A stretch of DNA of 64,000 bases from positions 4,687 through 68,686 of the forward strand of contig SHLP01000005.1 in NCBI GenBank assembly GCA_004283055.1, in the 5' to 3' direction. The DNA comes from Deltaproteobacteria bacterium. Lineage in GTDB: Bacteria > Myxococcota_A > Polyangia > Polyangiales > Houyiibacteriaceae. The position numbers were made by a program, and so were the translations under genes. Shown here piece after piece: positions 50,885 through 61,480 of the stretch (position 1 is the stretch's first letter; each line of letters opens with the position of its first letter). The notes below the pieces were generated by a model. The model was given only the letters and a program-made list of their open reading frames with translations. It did not search any database and had not been told where the DNA came from.

Positions 50885-52282
50885 TCAATCTTCGTCGCCG
50901 GGGTCGCTGGTTTCGCCGCGCAAGCCGTAGCGCTTGGCGAGCTCGCGGAGGTGGTAGCGGGTGAGACCGGCTGCGCGCGCGCTGCGGCTGATGTTGTCGC
51001 CGTGCTTGTCGAGCACCGCTTTGAGGTACTGTGCTTCGAAGGCATCCACGATTCGCTGCTTGGCGTCTTTGAACGGGATGTCGTTGTCGACGAACTGCTC
51101 GGCGGTGCCGCCAGGAAACACGATAGGCGGGGTCTTCTGCGACGCGGGCATGAGGTCGTGCATGCCGAGCTCGGTTCCATCGGCGAGGGAGACGGCGCGC
51201 TCGATGGTGTTCTTGAGCTCGCGGACGTTTCCCGGCCAGGGGTAGGCCTGCAGCTTCGTCATGGCGTCATCGGTAATCGTGAAGCTCGCGCCCTCCTGCG
51301 GGCCACGCTTGGCCGACTCTTCGAGAAACTGGACCGCGAGCGCCGGGATGTCTTCGGTGCGTTCGCGAAGGGCCGGCAGGTCCACCTGGACGACGGTCAA
51401 GCGGTAGTAGAGGTCTTCACGAAACGTGCCTTCGTTGACCATCTGGCGGAGGTCGCGATTGGTGGCCGCGACGACGCGCACGTCGACCGGAATCATCTTG
51501 GTCCCCCCGACGCGTTGCACCTCGCGCGTCTCGAGGACGCGCAGAAGCTTCGGCTGCAGGCCGATGTCGAGCTCGCCGATTTCGTCGAGGAAAAGAGTGC
51601 CACCGTCGGCCACCTCGAAGCAGCCGCGCTTGCGGTCGGCGGCGCCGGTGAACGAGCCGCGCTCGTGGCCGAACAAGATGCTCTCGATGAGGTTGGCGGG
51701 GATCGCGCTGCAATCCTGGACGATGAGCGCGCGCTGCGCGCGCTTCGATGCACGGTGAATTGCCCGGGCAACGAGCTCTTTGCCGGTGCCTGTTTCGCCC
51801 CGAACCAAGACGGTCAAGTCGGACGCAGCCACCTTCTCGAGGACCGCGAAAATCTCTCGCATGCGGACACCATGGCCAATGAGATCGTAAAACTTCTCGC
51901 GTCGGCTGAGCTCGATTTCGATGGTGCCAGGGCCGTGCTCGAAGCGGATGACCGTACGCCCGATCCGCAGGGGCATGCCCGGCTCCAGCCAGGCTTCGCG
52001 AACACGAACACCCGCAACCCAAGTCCCGTTGGCCGAGCCGAGGTCGCGCAGCAAGAAGCCGTTCTCCTTCGCGATGATTTCGCAGTGCGTGCCGCTGACC
52101 GCGGTGTCGTTGAGCGTGAGGTCGCAGATCACGCTCTCGCCGATGGTCATGCGCTCACTGGCAATGTCGATCCGCTTGCCTTTGTCGGGCCCCTCTTCAA
52201 CGACCAACCTGCTCTTTCGAAGCTTCCGCTTGGTTACTTTGCGGTCGGCAAATTCCCTCCGGCGCGCGGCCTCGTCGTTCAC
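50885..52282 (-). CDS. FHA-domain sigma-54-dependent transcriptional activator (bacterial enhancer-binding protein)
   Basis: N-terminal FHA domain ([26 protein letters not shown]...[12 protein letters not shown]). AAA+ sigma-54 interaction domain with Walker A GETGTGKE, loop GSFTGA and Walker [11 protein letters not shown]-terminal Fis-type HTH ([24 protein letters not shown]). GTG start forms a GTGA overlap with the rpe stop. Confidence 0.9.
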   Translation of the reverse strand: MNDEAARRREFADRKVTKRKLRKSRLVVEEGPDKGKRIDIASERMTIGESVICDLTLNDTAVSGTHCEIIAKENGFLLRDLGSANGTWVAGVRVREAWLEPGMPLRIGRTVIRFEHGPGTIEIELSRREKFYDLIGHGVRMREIFAVLEKVAASDLTVLVRGETGTGKELVARAIHRASKRAQRALIVQDCSAIPANLIESILFGHERGSFTGAADRKRGCFEVADGGTLFLDEIGELDIGLQPKLLRVLETREVQRVGGTKMIPVDVRVVAATNRDLRQMVNEGTFREDLYYRLTVVQVDLPALRERTEDIPALAVQFLEESAKRGPQEGASFTITDDAMTKLQAYPWPGNVRELKNTIERAVSLADGTELGMHDLMPASQKTPPIVFPGGTAEQFVDNDIPFKDAKQRIVDAFEAQYLKAVLDKHGDNISRSARAAGLTRYHLRELAKRYGLRGETSDPGDED

Positions 52283-52977
52283 TCGCCGTCCTTTCGGATC
52301 GCCTCGATGGCGGCGGCGTAGTCGCCCTGGTTGAAGACCGCGCTGCCGGCGACGATGACGTCGGCGCCTGCGTCGATGACTTGGCGTGCCGTGCCAGGCT
52401 TGACGCCGCCGTCGACTTCGAGGTCGATGTCGAAGCCCGATTCGTCGATCATCGCGCGAATCTGAGCGAGCTTGTCGACGGCGGAGGGGATGAAGCTCTG
52501 ACCGCCGAAACCGGGATTCACGCTCATCACGAGGATCAGGTCGACGTTGGGCAGTACGTATCGTAGGCCATCGGGAGGGGTATGGGGGTTCAACGACACG
52601 CCGGCGCGCTTCCCGAGGGCCCGGATTTGCTGAAGCGTCCGGTGCAGGTGCGTGCTGGCCTCTTCATGCACCGTGATGATGTCGGCGCCGGCCTCCGCAA
52701 ACGACTGAACATACTTCTCCGGCTCGACGATCATGAGGTGAACATCCACCACGCTCTGCGTCGCAGCGCGGATGGCTTTGACCACGGGGGGCCCGATTGT
52801 GATGTTCGGCACGAACCGGCCGTCCATGACATCGACGTGGATCCAGTTGGCGCCCGCCTGGTCGACGGCCTGAACCTCGGCCTCGAGACGGCCAAAATCC
52901 GCCGAAAGCACGGAAGGAGCGATTCGAAGGGGCTTTGGAGAGCGGGGCACGGCAGCAGTCAAGCGCCGCAGGGCCAC
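52279..52977 (-). CDS. rpe: ribulose-phosphate 3-epimerase
   Basis: ...[17 protein letters not shown]...[18 protein letters not shown]...DVHLMI...[15 protein letters not shown]...LEVDGG... are canonical Rpe motifs. The start is uncertain (GTG at 52977). Confidence 0.9.
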   Translation of the reverse strand: MALRRLTAAVPRSPKPLRIAPSVLSADFGRLEAEVQAVDQAGANWIHVDVMDGRFVPNITIGPPVVKAIRAATQSVVDVHLMIVEPEKYVQSFAEAGADIITVHEEASTHLHRTLQQIRALGKRAGVSLNPHTPPDGLRYVLPNVDLILVMSVNPGFGGQSFIPSAVDKLAQIRAMIDESGFDIDLEVDGGVKPGTARQVIDAGADVIVAGSAVFNQGDYAAAIEAIRKDGE

Positions 52978-53062
52978 CCTGTCAATCGCATCCCTTCCTT
53001 GACCAGGCCACCGCCCGCAAAGGACAATGGAAAAGCGCCTCAGGGGGGGCGGACGAGCTGAG

Positions 53063-54547
53063 ATGACCGATCAGAGATACAACCTGATCGAAAGACTTGA
53101 AGCCGGCGGAATGGCCGAGGTTTTCCTTGCGGAAGCCACGAGTGTTCAAGGGTTCAAGAAACGCGTCGCTATCAAGCGCGTTTTGCCGCATCTCGCCTCG
53201 CACACGAACTTCATTGGCATGTTTCTCGACGAGGCACGGCTCGGTGCCCAGCTGTCGCACGCAAACATCGTCAGCGTCTTCGACATCGGGAAGTCGGACA
53301 ACAGCTTCTTCATCGTCATGGAGTTCGTCGACGGTACGAACCTCAAGAAGATCATGGAAACCCTGCGGCTCAAGCGGCAGCCCTTCCCTCTGAAGGACGT
53401 GATCTACATCGCGATGGAAGCCTGTCGCGGACTGAGCTACGCGCACGAGCTCGTGGACGACGACGGCAAGCCGGTCGAGCTGGTTCACCGGGACGTGTCG
53501 CCGCCGAACATCTTGATCAGCAAGCGCGGCGAAGTGAAGGTCACCGATTTCGGACTCGCAAAGGCTCGAACGCAGCTCGAGCGGACCGACCCCGGGGTCG
53601 TGAAGGGGAAGTTTAGCTACCTGTCGCCCGAGGTGGCCAATGGGCAGGAGGTCGACGAGAGGGCAGATATTTTTGCGCTCGGCGTCTGCGTTTGGGAGAT
53701 GCTTTCTGGCCGGCGTCTTTTCCTCGGCGAGACCGACTACGACACGGTCCAGGCGGTCTCGAGCGCGGACATTCCGAGCCTGGTGGGTGACCATGCCGAG
53801 GTCGACCCACAGTTTGAAATGCTGCTGATGAAATCGCTCGCCAGGGAGCCCGACGCCCGCTTCCAAACTGCGCGAGAGTTTGGTGACGCCTTGGCAGGCT
53901 ATCTCTTTCATCATCAAATGAAGGTCACCTCGTACGACATCGCAAATCTCGTGAAGGCCGCGCTCGAACGCCAGAAGTCGGTGCCGCCGCAGCCCTTGAT
54001 GATCGACGGCATGATCCAAGAGGAGCTCGCGAGGTTCACGTCGCTCGAGAGCTCGGTCAGCATCCCGGCCGACCCGTCTCGGCCGTTCACTCTCAACCCT
54101 GACGGCGAAGGCGCGCGGCCGCTCGTGGCTTCGGACTTCGTCGATCCCAGCAACTGGTTTGCGGGCGACTCCGAGGTCGAGACGGCGATTGAGACCGTGC
54201 GCAGCAGCGCACCGCCCGGCGCCACGATGGGCTGGTTCGAGTCCAAGTCGAGCAGGCCAGCGGCTCAGGACGCGGCGCCGGTGCCGATGGGTCCGTCTCT
54301 CATTCCGTCACCGCGCGTCCGAGGTGAAGATGGGGCGGCCGTGATGACCTTTCGCCCGCCGGGGGCGACCCCGATTTCGATCGTCGATCCGGGCTCTAAG
54401 GGGCCGGCGGAGCAGGAGCAGCCAAAGCCGAAGAGCTTAGCAGCGCCCAAAAGCAAGCCGGGCGGCTCCAAGGTCGCGCTCATCGTCGCCGCCGTCGTTG
54501 CGCTGGCCGCGCTCGGCGTCGCGCTCGGCTGGTTCCTCACGAGCTAG
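53063..54547 (+). CDS. Hanks-type Ser/Thr protein kinase with C-terminal TM anchor
   Basis: Motifs are G-loop/AIK (VAIKRV), catalytic loop [13 protein letters not shown] (VTDFGLAK) and APE-like (LSPEV). A long low-complexity linker precedes the terminal TM segment [22 protein letters not shown]. Confidence 0.9.
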   Translation: MTDQRYNLIERLEAGGMAEVFLAEATSVQGFKKRVAIKRVLPHLASHTNFIGMFLDEARLGAQLSHANIVSVFDIGKSDNSFFIVMEFVDGTNLKKIMETLRLKRQPFPLKDVIYIAMEACRGLSYAHELVDDDGKPVELVHRDVSPPNILISKRGEVKVTDFGLAKARTQLERTDPGVVKGKFSYLSPEVANGQEVDERADIFALGVCVWEMLSGRRLFLGETDYDTVQAVSSADIPSLVGDHAEVDPQFEMLLMKSLAREPDARFQTAREFGDALAGYLFHHQMKVTSYDIANLVKAALERQKSVPPQPLMIDGMIQEELARFTSLESSVSIPADPSRPFTLNPDGEGARPLVASDFVDPSNWFAGDSEVETAIETVRSSAPPGATMGWFESKSSRPAAQDAAPVPMGPSLIPSPRVRGEDGAAVMTFRPPGATPISIVDPGSKGPAEQEQPKPKSLAAPKSKPGGSKVALIVAAVVALAALGVALGWFLTS

Positions 54548-56699
54548 GCGCGCGCTTCGCCTTGCTTCGAACCCCGCGGCTCACCTGGCGCAGCCGCTGG
54601 TAGTCGTGCAGGGGCAGGGGCTCCACACCAAAGCGCGCGGCAAGGTACGCGTCGGTGACCTCTCGCACTTCATCGGCCGCCGCAAACCCCGAGCGGTCGA
54701 GCTCTTCGGCGTGCTCGATCGGGGTGACGTCCGGCGGACGCGCCTGGCCGGCGCTTCGAAGGCTGCTTTCGAGCGAAAGGTAGAGCCGGACGGCGCGGTC
54801 CCGGTTGGGGTCGAGCTGCCGCCCCGCACGGGTTTGGCGACGGCGTTTGCGTCGCCATCGAACCCAGAGGACCGCAACGCCGAAGATGCTCATGACGGCG
54901 ACGAACCAGCGCCAGTCGGGCCGGAAGGGAATCGCTCCGAATTCGCTCTTTCCGCTCGAGTGCCCTTCTGCGCCGAACGGCTTTGCCCCGCGATTTCCGC
55001 GAAGGGACCGATACCAGGCGGCGAGGCCCCGCAGCGCCTTGGCCTGGTCTCGGATGTTGTACTCGACGACATACTCTGCCCAGCGAACGCGCATCGCATC
55101 GATGACCTGCCGCATCTTGACGGCGAGGCCGGAGGGCGCCGCAAATACTTGGCCGGAGGCCGGCGTCGGGTCGAATGTGACCCAGCGGCCATCGATGAAC
55201 ACCTCTACCCAGCTATGCGCGTGCCCGTTGCGAACTGCATAGTAGGCGCCGTATGGGTTGTAGTCCGCGCCCAGAAAGCCGGTGACGTTTCGGGCCGGTA
55301 GCCCGAGGGACCGCATCATGATGGCCATCGCCGTCGAGAAGTACTCGCAGTGCCCCGCCTTCGCCTCGAAAAGAAAAACCTGAAGCGGATCTCTGCCCTC
55401 GGTGTCGGGCTGGTCGAGCGTGTAGCGATAGTTGCCGCCACCGCGAAGGTGGCGCTCGATGAACTGCGCCTGAGCGTATGGGTTGGAGACCCCGCTCACG
55501 ACCTGTCGCGCCAAGCTCTCGACGCGCTCGTAGCCGGACGGGACCTCGAGGTAGCGGCGTAGAAGGCGCTTGGGGATGTCTTCCGGAAAGCCGTTTGGCT
55601 TCGGCTTGGCAAAAGCCTTGTAGGTAAGGGGACCTTGGACGCGGCCCCCGTAGCGCAGATCGAGGCCCGGCGAACGCATGATGCGCCGGTATCGGTTGCG
55701 GCCGGCGCGAACCGTGGCCGGGAGCTGCATGGAGACCGTCCCCTCGGGCAGGAACAAGACAGCCTCGTCCATGGGGTCGAGGATGATCTCGTATTCCCGG
55801 TCGCCGGGCTTCGGAGGACGAAAAACGATGTAGGCGTCTTGGAGGCGGTGAAGCTCTTCGCCGGCGATCGGCGAACGCGACCAGCGGCCCTCGCTGTAAC
55901 GGTCGAACGAGGTGCCGCGGAGGCGAAGGTCGAGCGAACGCGGCGGCGGCACAGCCTGCTCTTTGGGCTTTACCCGCATGACGACGGTGGGGTCGTCGCG
56001 AATCGTGCCAAAACCGCCGAGCTCGACGTCGTCGCCAAAGCCGGCCACCGACTGCGTTCGCACGCCGAAGTTCGAAAGGAAGCCGAAGCCCACCCGCGGA
56101 AAGGCAAAGAACATGGCCGCGGTCAAGACGAAGAGCGGCACCGCGAGGAGCGTCGTTCCGCCGAAGAAGGCCGGGGTTGCGAGCTTCGTGCTTTGGAGCT
56201 CGCCGCGCAGGACGGGGCTGTCGGCGCCGTGCGCGATCTCGAGCTCTTTTCGGAGATGCGTCAGCGCAAGCATCCAAGGCATGACGATGACGAAGCCAAA
56301 GAAGACGACCGCATAATCGAGGCCAGTCGAAAACACGGTGCCGGCGATGAGGTGCAGGAAACCGAGGATCGCGATCTGCTGGTAGTCCGCTGCCGTCTTG
56401 CGGTGCGAAAGGCGCGAAATCTGAAGGAAGGCGGCGTACTGCACGCCTACCGACAAGATGGGCTCTCCGGCCATCGCGCGGACAATTTGAACGATGAGCA
56501 CCACCACGGCGGCGATGTTCCAAAAACGCGAGTAGCCGGGGCGGTCGAGGAGGGGCGGCTCGGCAAGCCAGCTCAGAGCGAACGCCACGATGACCAGCAT
56601 GGCCTCCGGGGCGCTGAAGGTGGTGCCGAGCAAGAGCGCGATGAGGCCGAGGGCCGCAAACAGGTACGTCACGAGCTTGAGGGCGAAACCAAACCTCAT
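54537..56699 (-). CDS. transglutaminase-domain membrane protein (TgpA-like: N-terminal polytopic domain plus transglutaminase core)
   Basis: Multiple N-terminal TM helices. Transglutaminase core GHCEYFSTAMAIMMRSLGLPARNVTGF...HAHSWVEVF...WVTFDPTP carries the Cys-His-Asp triad context. ATGA overlap with the DUF58 gene. Confidence 0.85.
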   Translation of the reverse strand: MRFGFALKLVTYLFAALGLIALLLGTTFSAPEAMLVIVAFALSWLAEPPLLDRPGYSRFWNIAAVVVLIVQIVRAMAGEPILSVGVQYAAFLQISRLSHRKTAADYQQIAILGFLHLIAGTVFSTGLDYAVVFFGFVIVMPWMLALTHLRKELEIAHGADSPVLRGELQSTKLATPAFFGGTTLLAVPLFVLTAAMFFAFPRVGFGFLSNFGVRTQSVAGFGDDVELGGFGTIRDDPTVVMRVKPKEQAVPPPRSLDLRLRGTSFDRYSEGRWSRSPIAGEELHRLQDAYIVFRPPKPGDREYEIILDPMDEAVLFLPEGTVSMQLPATVRAGRNRYRRIMRSPGLDLRYGGRVQGPLTYKAFAKPKPNGFPEDIPKRLLRRYLEVPSGYERVESLARQVVSGVSNPYAQAQFIERHLRGGGNYRYTLDQPDTEGRDPLQVFLFEAKAGHCEYFSTAMAIMMRSLGLPARNVTGFLGADYNPYGAYYAVRNGHAHSWVEVFIDGRWVTFDPTPASGQVFAAPSGLAVKMRQVIDAMRVRWAEYVVEYNIRDQAKALRGLAAWYRSLRGNRGAKPFGAEGHSSGKSEFGAIPFRPDWRWFVAVMSIFGVAVLWVRWRRKRRRQTRAGRQLDPNRDRAVRLYLSLESSLRSAGQARPPDVTPIEHAEELDRSGFAAADEVREVTDAYLAARFGVEPLPLHDYQRLRQVSRGVRSKAKRAPSS

Positions 56700-57691
56700 G
56701 CCGCGTGCCTTTTGTCCTTCAGCCTGCCGCGGGAGGCTGGCGCGCGGGCAGGCATCAGCAGCGCGAGAAAGCGCCAGATCGGGTCGGGCGGGGTGCCGCC
56801 GGGGACCAAGGGCGAGACGCTGTTGCTCGACTGAACCTGAACCGAAATGCCCTGCGCGAGATAAACGGAGGCCAACGTTGCGACCTCGGACACCGATGTT
56901 TCAAAACGCTCGTACCAAACCCCTTCGTCGTCGAGGCCGGGCGGAAGGAGATTGTCGACGCTGAGTGTGACCAGCGCGCTCGAGTCCTGCTCGTGTTCGC
57001 GAACGACGAGCTCGCCTCGGCTTGCGGTTCGTTTCCAATGGATGTCCCGAGCTTCGTCGCCCTCGCGGTAGAAGCGTACGCTGCCCGCAAATTCACTGCC
57101 GCGGCCCGTCTGGTGAATGGGAGCTGCGTCCCCGTCCATCGGACGGAGGGCGGGCGCGGCCACGTGCTCGAGGAGCCTCGGATAGACGACGATCTCGTCG
57201 GGTAAAAAAGTCGTGTAGCCCTTTTCGATGAGACCAAAAGGATAGCGCGTGAGCACCCGGACGGTGCCGAGCTCGAAGAGCCCGCGACGCGCCGACTCGA
57301 AGTGATAGCTCCCGACCTCCGTCTTCCCGGGGGGAACGCGAACGAAGCGCGCGGCCTCCGAATCTGCGCCGTCGATTTCGTCGATGGCCTCGACCGAGAC
57401 GCTCGGGAGCCAACGCTTCTCGTTGAGCAAGGCGACATCGATGAGTGTTCGGCGTCCGGCAAAGAGGCGAGCCGGCAGTTTACGCTTGATTTGGAGCTTC
57501 CAGAGGGCGAGGTCGCTCAGGACACCGCTCACGAGGAGCAGGCTCAAAAGCAGGCCGAGAACTAGGTAGAGCAGGTTATTCGCCGTGTTCACGGCAGCCA
57601 GACCGACGCCGACGGTAACGAATAGAAATGCCCGCCCCTCTCGGGTCAGTCGAAACTTCCGCCTACTCCGCTTTCGCCGAAAGATCCGCAT
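56696..57691 (-). CDS. DUF58 domain protein (vWA-like, MoxR partner)
   Basis: Two N-terminal TM helices and ...FAGSVRFYREGDEARDIHWKRTASRGELVVREHE..., the DUF58 signature. It sits between MoxR and the transglutaminase, as in the common operon. Confidence 0.8.
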   Translation of the reverse strand: MRIFRRKRSRRKFRLTREGRAFLFVTVGVGLAAVNTANNLLYLVLGLLLSLLLVSGVLSDLALWKLQIKRKLPARLFAGRRTLIDVALLNEKRWLPSVSVEAIDEIDGADSEAARFVRVPPGKTEVGSYHFESARRGLFELGTVRVLTRYPFGLIEKGYTTFLPDEIVVYPRLLEHVAAPALRPMDGDAAPIHQTGRGSEFAGSVRFYREGDEARDIHWKRTASRGELVVREHEQDSSALVTLSVDNLLPPGLDDEGVWYERFETSVSEVATLASVYLAQGISVQVQSSNSVSPLVPGGTPPDPIWRFLALLMPARAPASRGRLKDKRHAA

Positions 57692-57703
57692 CGACCGGCC
57701 CGA

Positions 57704-58669
57704 TTAGAGAGGGACTGAGACGATGGTGAGGAGCTCGCGAATCACGCGCTGCGCATCGTCGCGAACCGCGGCTCCGCCCATGCCGCCGCTGACTTTCACG
57801 CGGTGAGCCAGGCACGGGCCAGCGAGCGTCTTGACGTCGTCGGGCAGCACGAAAGAGCGGCCTTCGACGAGCGCCCTAGCCCGCGCCGCGCGCTCGAAGC
57901 CAAGCGCACCTCGGGTGGACACGCCTACCGACAGAAGCGGCGTATTTCGCGTCGCGATGACGATCCGGTGCAGGTAGTCGAGGACCGCATCATCGACGCG
58001 AACCGAGTCGACCGCCTGCTGGACGTGCCGAAGCTCGTTCGCGCTCATCGCAGAGTTGAGTTGCTCGACCGGATCCGCACCGCGGCGGTTGAGGACCTCC
58101 CGCTCGACGCCAGGGGGCGGATAACCGACGCTCAGCCGAATGAGAAAGCGGTCGAGCTGCGACTCCGGCAGCGGATACGTCCCGTAGAACTCCTGCGGGT
58201 TCTGCGTGGCGACCACGAAGAAGGGCTCTTCGAGCTCATACGTTTCGCCGTCGATCGACACCTGCCGCTCGTCCATCGCTTCGAGAAGCGCGCTCTGCGT
58301 CTTAGGGGTCGTTCGGTTCACCTCGTCCGCGAGGAGAACCTGCGTGAAAATCGGACCGGGCCTGAACTCGAAGGTGCTCTTGGACTGGTTGAACACGTTG
58401 CCACCGAGGACATCGGTCGGCATGAGGTCAGAGGTGCACTGAAGGCGTCGAAACGTCACACCGACCGAGGCCGCCAAGGAGCGCGCCAAGGTCGTCTTGC
58501 CAACGCCCGGAACATCCTCGAGCAGCAGGTGCCCACGCGCCAAGAGCGAGACGACCGACAGCTTGATGACCTCTTCTTTGCCCCGAACGACCAGCGCGAT
58601 GTTTTCGACGAGGCGCTGGGACAGCTGGGTCGCGTTTTCAGAGATGTGCGCGACGCTTGGATGAGCCAC
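57704..58669 (-). CDS. MoxR-family AAA+ ATPase
   Basis: HLLLEDVPGVGKTTLARSLA (Walker A), VLLADEVNRTTPKTQSALLEAM (Walker B/sensor), ATQNPQEFYGTYPLPESQLDRF. GTG start at 58669. Confidence 0.92.
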   Translation of the reverse strand: MAHPSVAHISENATQLSQRLVENIALVVRGKEEVIKLSVVSLLARGHLLLEDVPGVGKTTLARSLAASVGVTFRRLQCTSDLMPTDVLGGNVFNQSKSTFEFRPGPIFTQVLLADEVNRTTPKTQSALLEAMDERQVSIDGETYELEEPFFVVATQNPQEFYGTYPLPESQLDRFLIRLSVGYPPPGVEREVLNRRGADPVEQLNSAMSANELRHVQQAVDSVRVDDAVLDYLHRIVIATRNTPLLSVGVSTRGALGFERAARARALVEGRSFVLPDDVKTLAGPCLAHRVKVSGGMGGAAVRDDAQRVIRELLTIVSVPL

Positions 58670-58684
58670 TTTGTGAGCCTATCA

Positions 58685-58736
58685 CACCCGACGCTATGGG
58701 TAAAATATTACAATATCACTGACGTGGGCGTCGGTG
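58685..58736. repeat. inverted repeat CACCCGACGC / GCGTCGGTG flanking an AT-rich core upstream of moxR
   Basis: Left arm 58685-58694 and right arm 58728-58736 are near-perfect reverse complements. The core is tatgggtaaaatattacaatatcactgacgtgg. A second small hairpin, cactgt-ttatcc-acagtg, follows at about 58741-58758. Confidence 0.3.
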
Positions 58737-58779
58737 TTCCACTGTTTATCCACAGTGCCCTTATCACCGAAAGCCGACG

Positions 58780-60027
58780 CTATTCCGGGGTTTTGGACGC
58801 TGAACGTGCCATCGAGTCCACAGTCGGCGGCGGGGCCAGGATCGCATTGGGGTCCTCGAAGAGAAATGCCTCGATTTGGTCCCGTTGGGCATGCGCATCG
58901 CGGCGGCCCATTTCGATCAGGGTCTGCGCAAAACCGCCGTCGAAAAGGAGGTAGCTCGCCAGGTCCGCATCGGCTCCGGCGCCGACGTCGAGCATGCTGA
59001 TGAAGGCGCGTCCGAGGCTCTTCCCGAATCGCACACGGTTGGACGCGAGGTAGTCCGACGCAACTTGTCCTATGTCGACCGTCGGCCGAAGAACCAAGGA
59101 GCTCAAAAGGCGGCGCTCTGCGAGGGCACCGCGCGCCTTGGCCGCTGCGTTGATTCGATCGACGAACTCCGGCCCGTAGGCCCGCACACCGTCATGGAGG
59201 AAGTCGTTGATGCGCTGCACTTCGAGAAGGTCGGTGTTCACATGGTCGAGAAGGAATGCGTTCAGCACCTTTCCGAGCATGAACGTCGCACCGGGGTACT
59301 TGCCGTCCTTGACGGCGCGCCGGTCGGGAGAGTGCGGCGTCGAGAGCCCAATGACGAGCAGACGGTTCATGCCAAGATGCACCGAAGGCCCCATCGGCGT
59401 GTTGAGGCGAAGGCCACCGTCGCAGTGAATCTCGTCGCCGATTTCGACCGGCGGGAAGATGAGCGGAATCGCCGCCGAGGCGAGCACGTGGTGCTGGCCG
59501 ATGCGAGCGCGGCGAACCAGCGCATGGAGACCCAGGCTTTCGGGAATTCCAAGGCCCGGGGCGGCATCGACGAAGATCACCGGCTGCCCGGTGCCGACGT
59601 GCGTGGTGCTCACAGTGAGGGCTCGAAGCGCCCCGCTCCGGATGTTCTGTCTGAGCCGCCGCCAGCGAACGTTTCGGCCGACGAGTGCGGAGAGCGGCCC
59701 CGGGTCGAAGACGCCGCGCGCTTGGCCGGAGCCGCCGAGAAGCACGCGATAGAGGCCGGCGGCTTGACGCAACCCGAAGCCAAGCACGTGCGGGAGCTCG
59801 AGGCCGGTCCAGATGGAGACGAGCTGCTTCACCCCGCTCGGCACATCACCGATGGACGATGCGACGAACGCTCCGTTGACGGCGCCGACGCTGGTGCCCG
59901 AGATCAGGTCGACCTTCGGTCCTTTTCCGTTCGAGTCCAGGAACTCGCTGAAGATGTATTGGAGCGCTCCAACCTCATACGCTCCGCGCGCACCACCTCC
60001 TGAAAGTATCAAGCCGAGACCCGCCAC
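58780..60027 (-). CDS. patatin-like phospholipase
   Basis: GGGARG oxyanion motif (LSGGGARGAYEVG) and GTSVG nucleophile motif. GTG at 60027 (VAGLGLILSGGGARG) overlaps the upstream TAG by 1 nt. The track start at 60120 would overlap the upstream ORF by 94 nt. Confidence 0.82.
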   Translation of the reverse strand: MAGLGLILSGGGARGAYEVGALQYIFSEFLDSNGKGPKVDLISGTSVGAVNGAFVASSIGDVPSGVKQLVSIWTGLELPHVLGFGLRQAAGLYRVLLGGSGQARGVFDPGPLSALVGRNVRWRRLRQNIRSGALRALTVSTTHVGTGQPVIFVDAAPGLGIPESLGLHALVRRARIGQHHVLASAAIPLIFPPVEIGDEIHCDGGLRLNTPMGPSVHLGMNRLLVIGLSTPHSPDRRAVKDGKYPGATFMLGKVLNAFLLDHVNTDLLEVQRINDFLHDGVRAYGPEFVDRINAAAKARGALAERRLLSSLVLRPTVDIGQVASDYLASNRVRFGKSLGRAFISMLDVGAGADADLASYLLFDGGFAQTLIEMGRRDAHAQRDQIEAFLFEDPNAILAPPPTVDSMARSASKTPE

Positions 60028-60371
60028 TATGACTCCTCTTCTTTCAAGCCTAACAGCCCGGGCGGCCTGCCGCAGAAATCCTCGCTCGGCAATAGACGGC
60101 GAATCTCGGGAGGAAGCCAAATGTCCTGATGGGGCAGGCGGCGAAGGGCATCGAGCAGGACCTCGGCCCTGCGCCAGGGTGGGGCGTTCGGCGTCACGTA
60201 GAGCAGCATTTCGCCCTGTACCTTGCAGAGCCCTCCGTCGAGACGGGCTTCCTCGGGGAGCTCCTCTTCGACCAGGCGGATCCCAAGACGCGTCAAAGCT
60301 CGTTCGAGGGCATCGAGCTGAAGCGCGGGTTCCACGGCGCTCAGGGTGCTCCCAGCGAACCGACCCCGCAA
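60027..60371 (-). CDS. hypothetical protein (about 100-114 aa)
   Basis: ORF with TTG start at 60371 (alternative GTG at 60335). GC3-rich. It ends exactly where the patatin GTG starts. I recognise no family. Confidence 0.4.
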   Translation of the reverse strand: MRGRFAGSTLSAVEPALQLDALERALTRLGIRLVEEELPEEARLDGGLCKVQGEMLLYVTPNAPPWRRAEVLLDALRRLPHQDIWLPPEIRRLLPSEDFCGRPPGLLGLKEEES

Positions 60372-60403
60372 TCTGGTCGTTTGGGGGTCTGATTTGGTAA
60401 GCT

Positions 60404-61480
60404 ATGCGGACCTTGATTCGCCTTGCAAAACCGTGGATCGGCGAGGACGAGCGCCGCGCCGTCGCCGATGTTTTAGAGTCGGGACAGCTCGTTCAAGGGG
60501 CGTTGGTCGAGCGCCTGGAGCAGGCCATTGCCGCCCTGGTCGGCCGTAAGCACGGGGTAGCCGTTTCGAGCGGCACCTCTGCGCTTCAGCTAGCGCTCAA
60601 AGCTCTGCAAGTTGGTCCGGGAGACGACGTCCTGTGCCCAGCCCTGAGCTGGCCGAGCCCAGCGCATGCGGTTCGGGCGGCCGGCGCGAGAGTGCGTTTC
60701 ATCGACATCGACCCGCATGAGTGGAACAGCGGTGCAGAGGCCCTTCGCGAAGCACGGACCGGCAGCACCAAGGCCGCCATCGTCATCGATCAGTTCGGAA
60801 ACCCGGCGCACGCGCAAGAGATTCGGGAGGCGCTGGGTTCTCTGCCAATCATCGAAGATGCGGCGTGCGCGCTTGGGAGCCGCTTTGTGAACGGTCCCTG
60901 TGGGAGCCTCGGCGTGGTGTCCTGCCTGAGCTTTCATCCGCGAAAGATCTTGACGACGGGCGAAGGTGGAATGTGCCTCACCGACGACGACGCCATCGCC
61001 GACAAGCTGCGAACTCTGCGCAACCACGGACAGCTCGGCGGAGAGTTCGTCGTGGCCGCTGGGAATTCGCGCATGACCGAGATCGCCGCTGCGCTTGGGC
61101 TCGCGCAGCTTCAGCGGCTCGACGAGATTCTCAGAAGAAGGCGTGAGCTGGCTGCGCTCTACGCGAAGGCGCTCGACGGGGCGCTCGAGATTCAGCTGAC
61201 GCCCGACGGTGCAGAGTCGAACTACCAGACGTTTGGGGTAATTCTTCCGCAGGGTTTCGACCGCAAGTCGGTTTGCAAGAAGCTGCACAATCGGGGCATT
61301 GAAGCCGGTGTTCTCTCTTTCGCAATTCACAAGCTTGTAAGCTTTGCGGGGAGCGATATATCCCTCCCGATCGCCGAGCACATCGCCAGCCGCGGCATCG
61401 CAGTTCCTCTTTTCCCTCAGATGCGAAACGTCGACGTCGAGGAAGTCGTTCGTGCCCTTTTGGGAGTGCTCGATGAGTGA
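60404..61480 (+). CDS. DegT/DnrJ/EryC1/StrS-family PLP-dependent sugar aminotransferase
   Basis: ...LAKPWIGEDERRAVADVLESGQLVQG...VAVSSGTSALQLAL...DAACALGS...SFHPRKILTTGEGGM... includes the PLP-lysine context SFHPRK. Confidence 0.88.
   Translation: MRTLIRLAKPWIGEDERRAVADVLESGQLVQGALVERLEQAIAALVGRKHGVAVSSGTSALQLALKALQVGPGDDVLCPALSWPSPAHAVRAAGARVRFIDIDPHEWNSGAEALREARTGSTKAAIVIDQFGNPAHAQEIREALGSLPIIEDAACALGSRFVNGPCGSLGVVSCLSFHPRKILTTGEGGMCLTDDDAIADKLRTLRNHGQLGGEFVVAAGNSRMTEIAAALGLAQLQRLDEILRRRRELAALYAKALDGALEIQLTPDGAESNYQTFGVILPQGFDRKSVCKKLHNRGIEAGVLSFAIHKLVSFAGSDISLPIAEHIASRGIAVPLFPQMRNVDVEEVVRALLGVLDE

Noticed and set aside
54537-54547. 11-nt convergent overlap of the kinase and transglutaminase gene ends
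   Set aside because: Short convergent 3' overlaps are common in compact GC-rich genomes, and no extra structure is visible.
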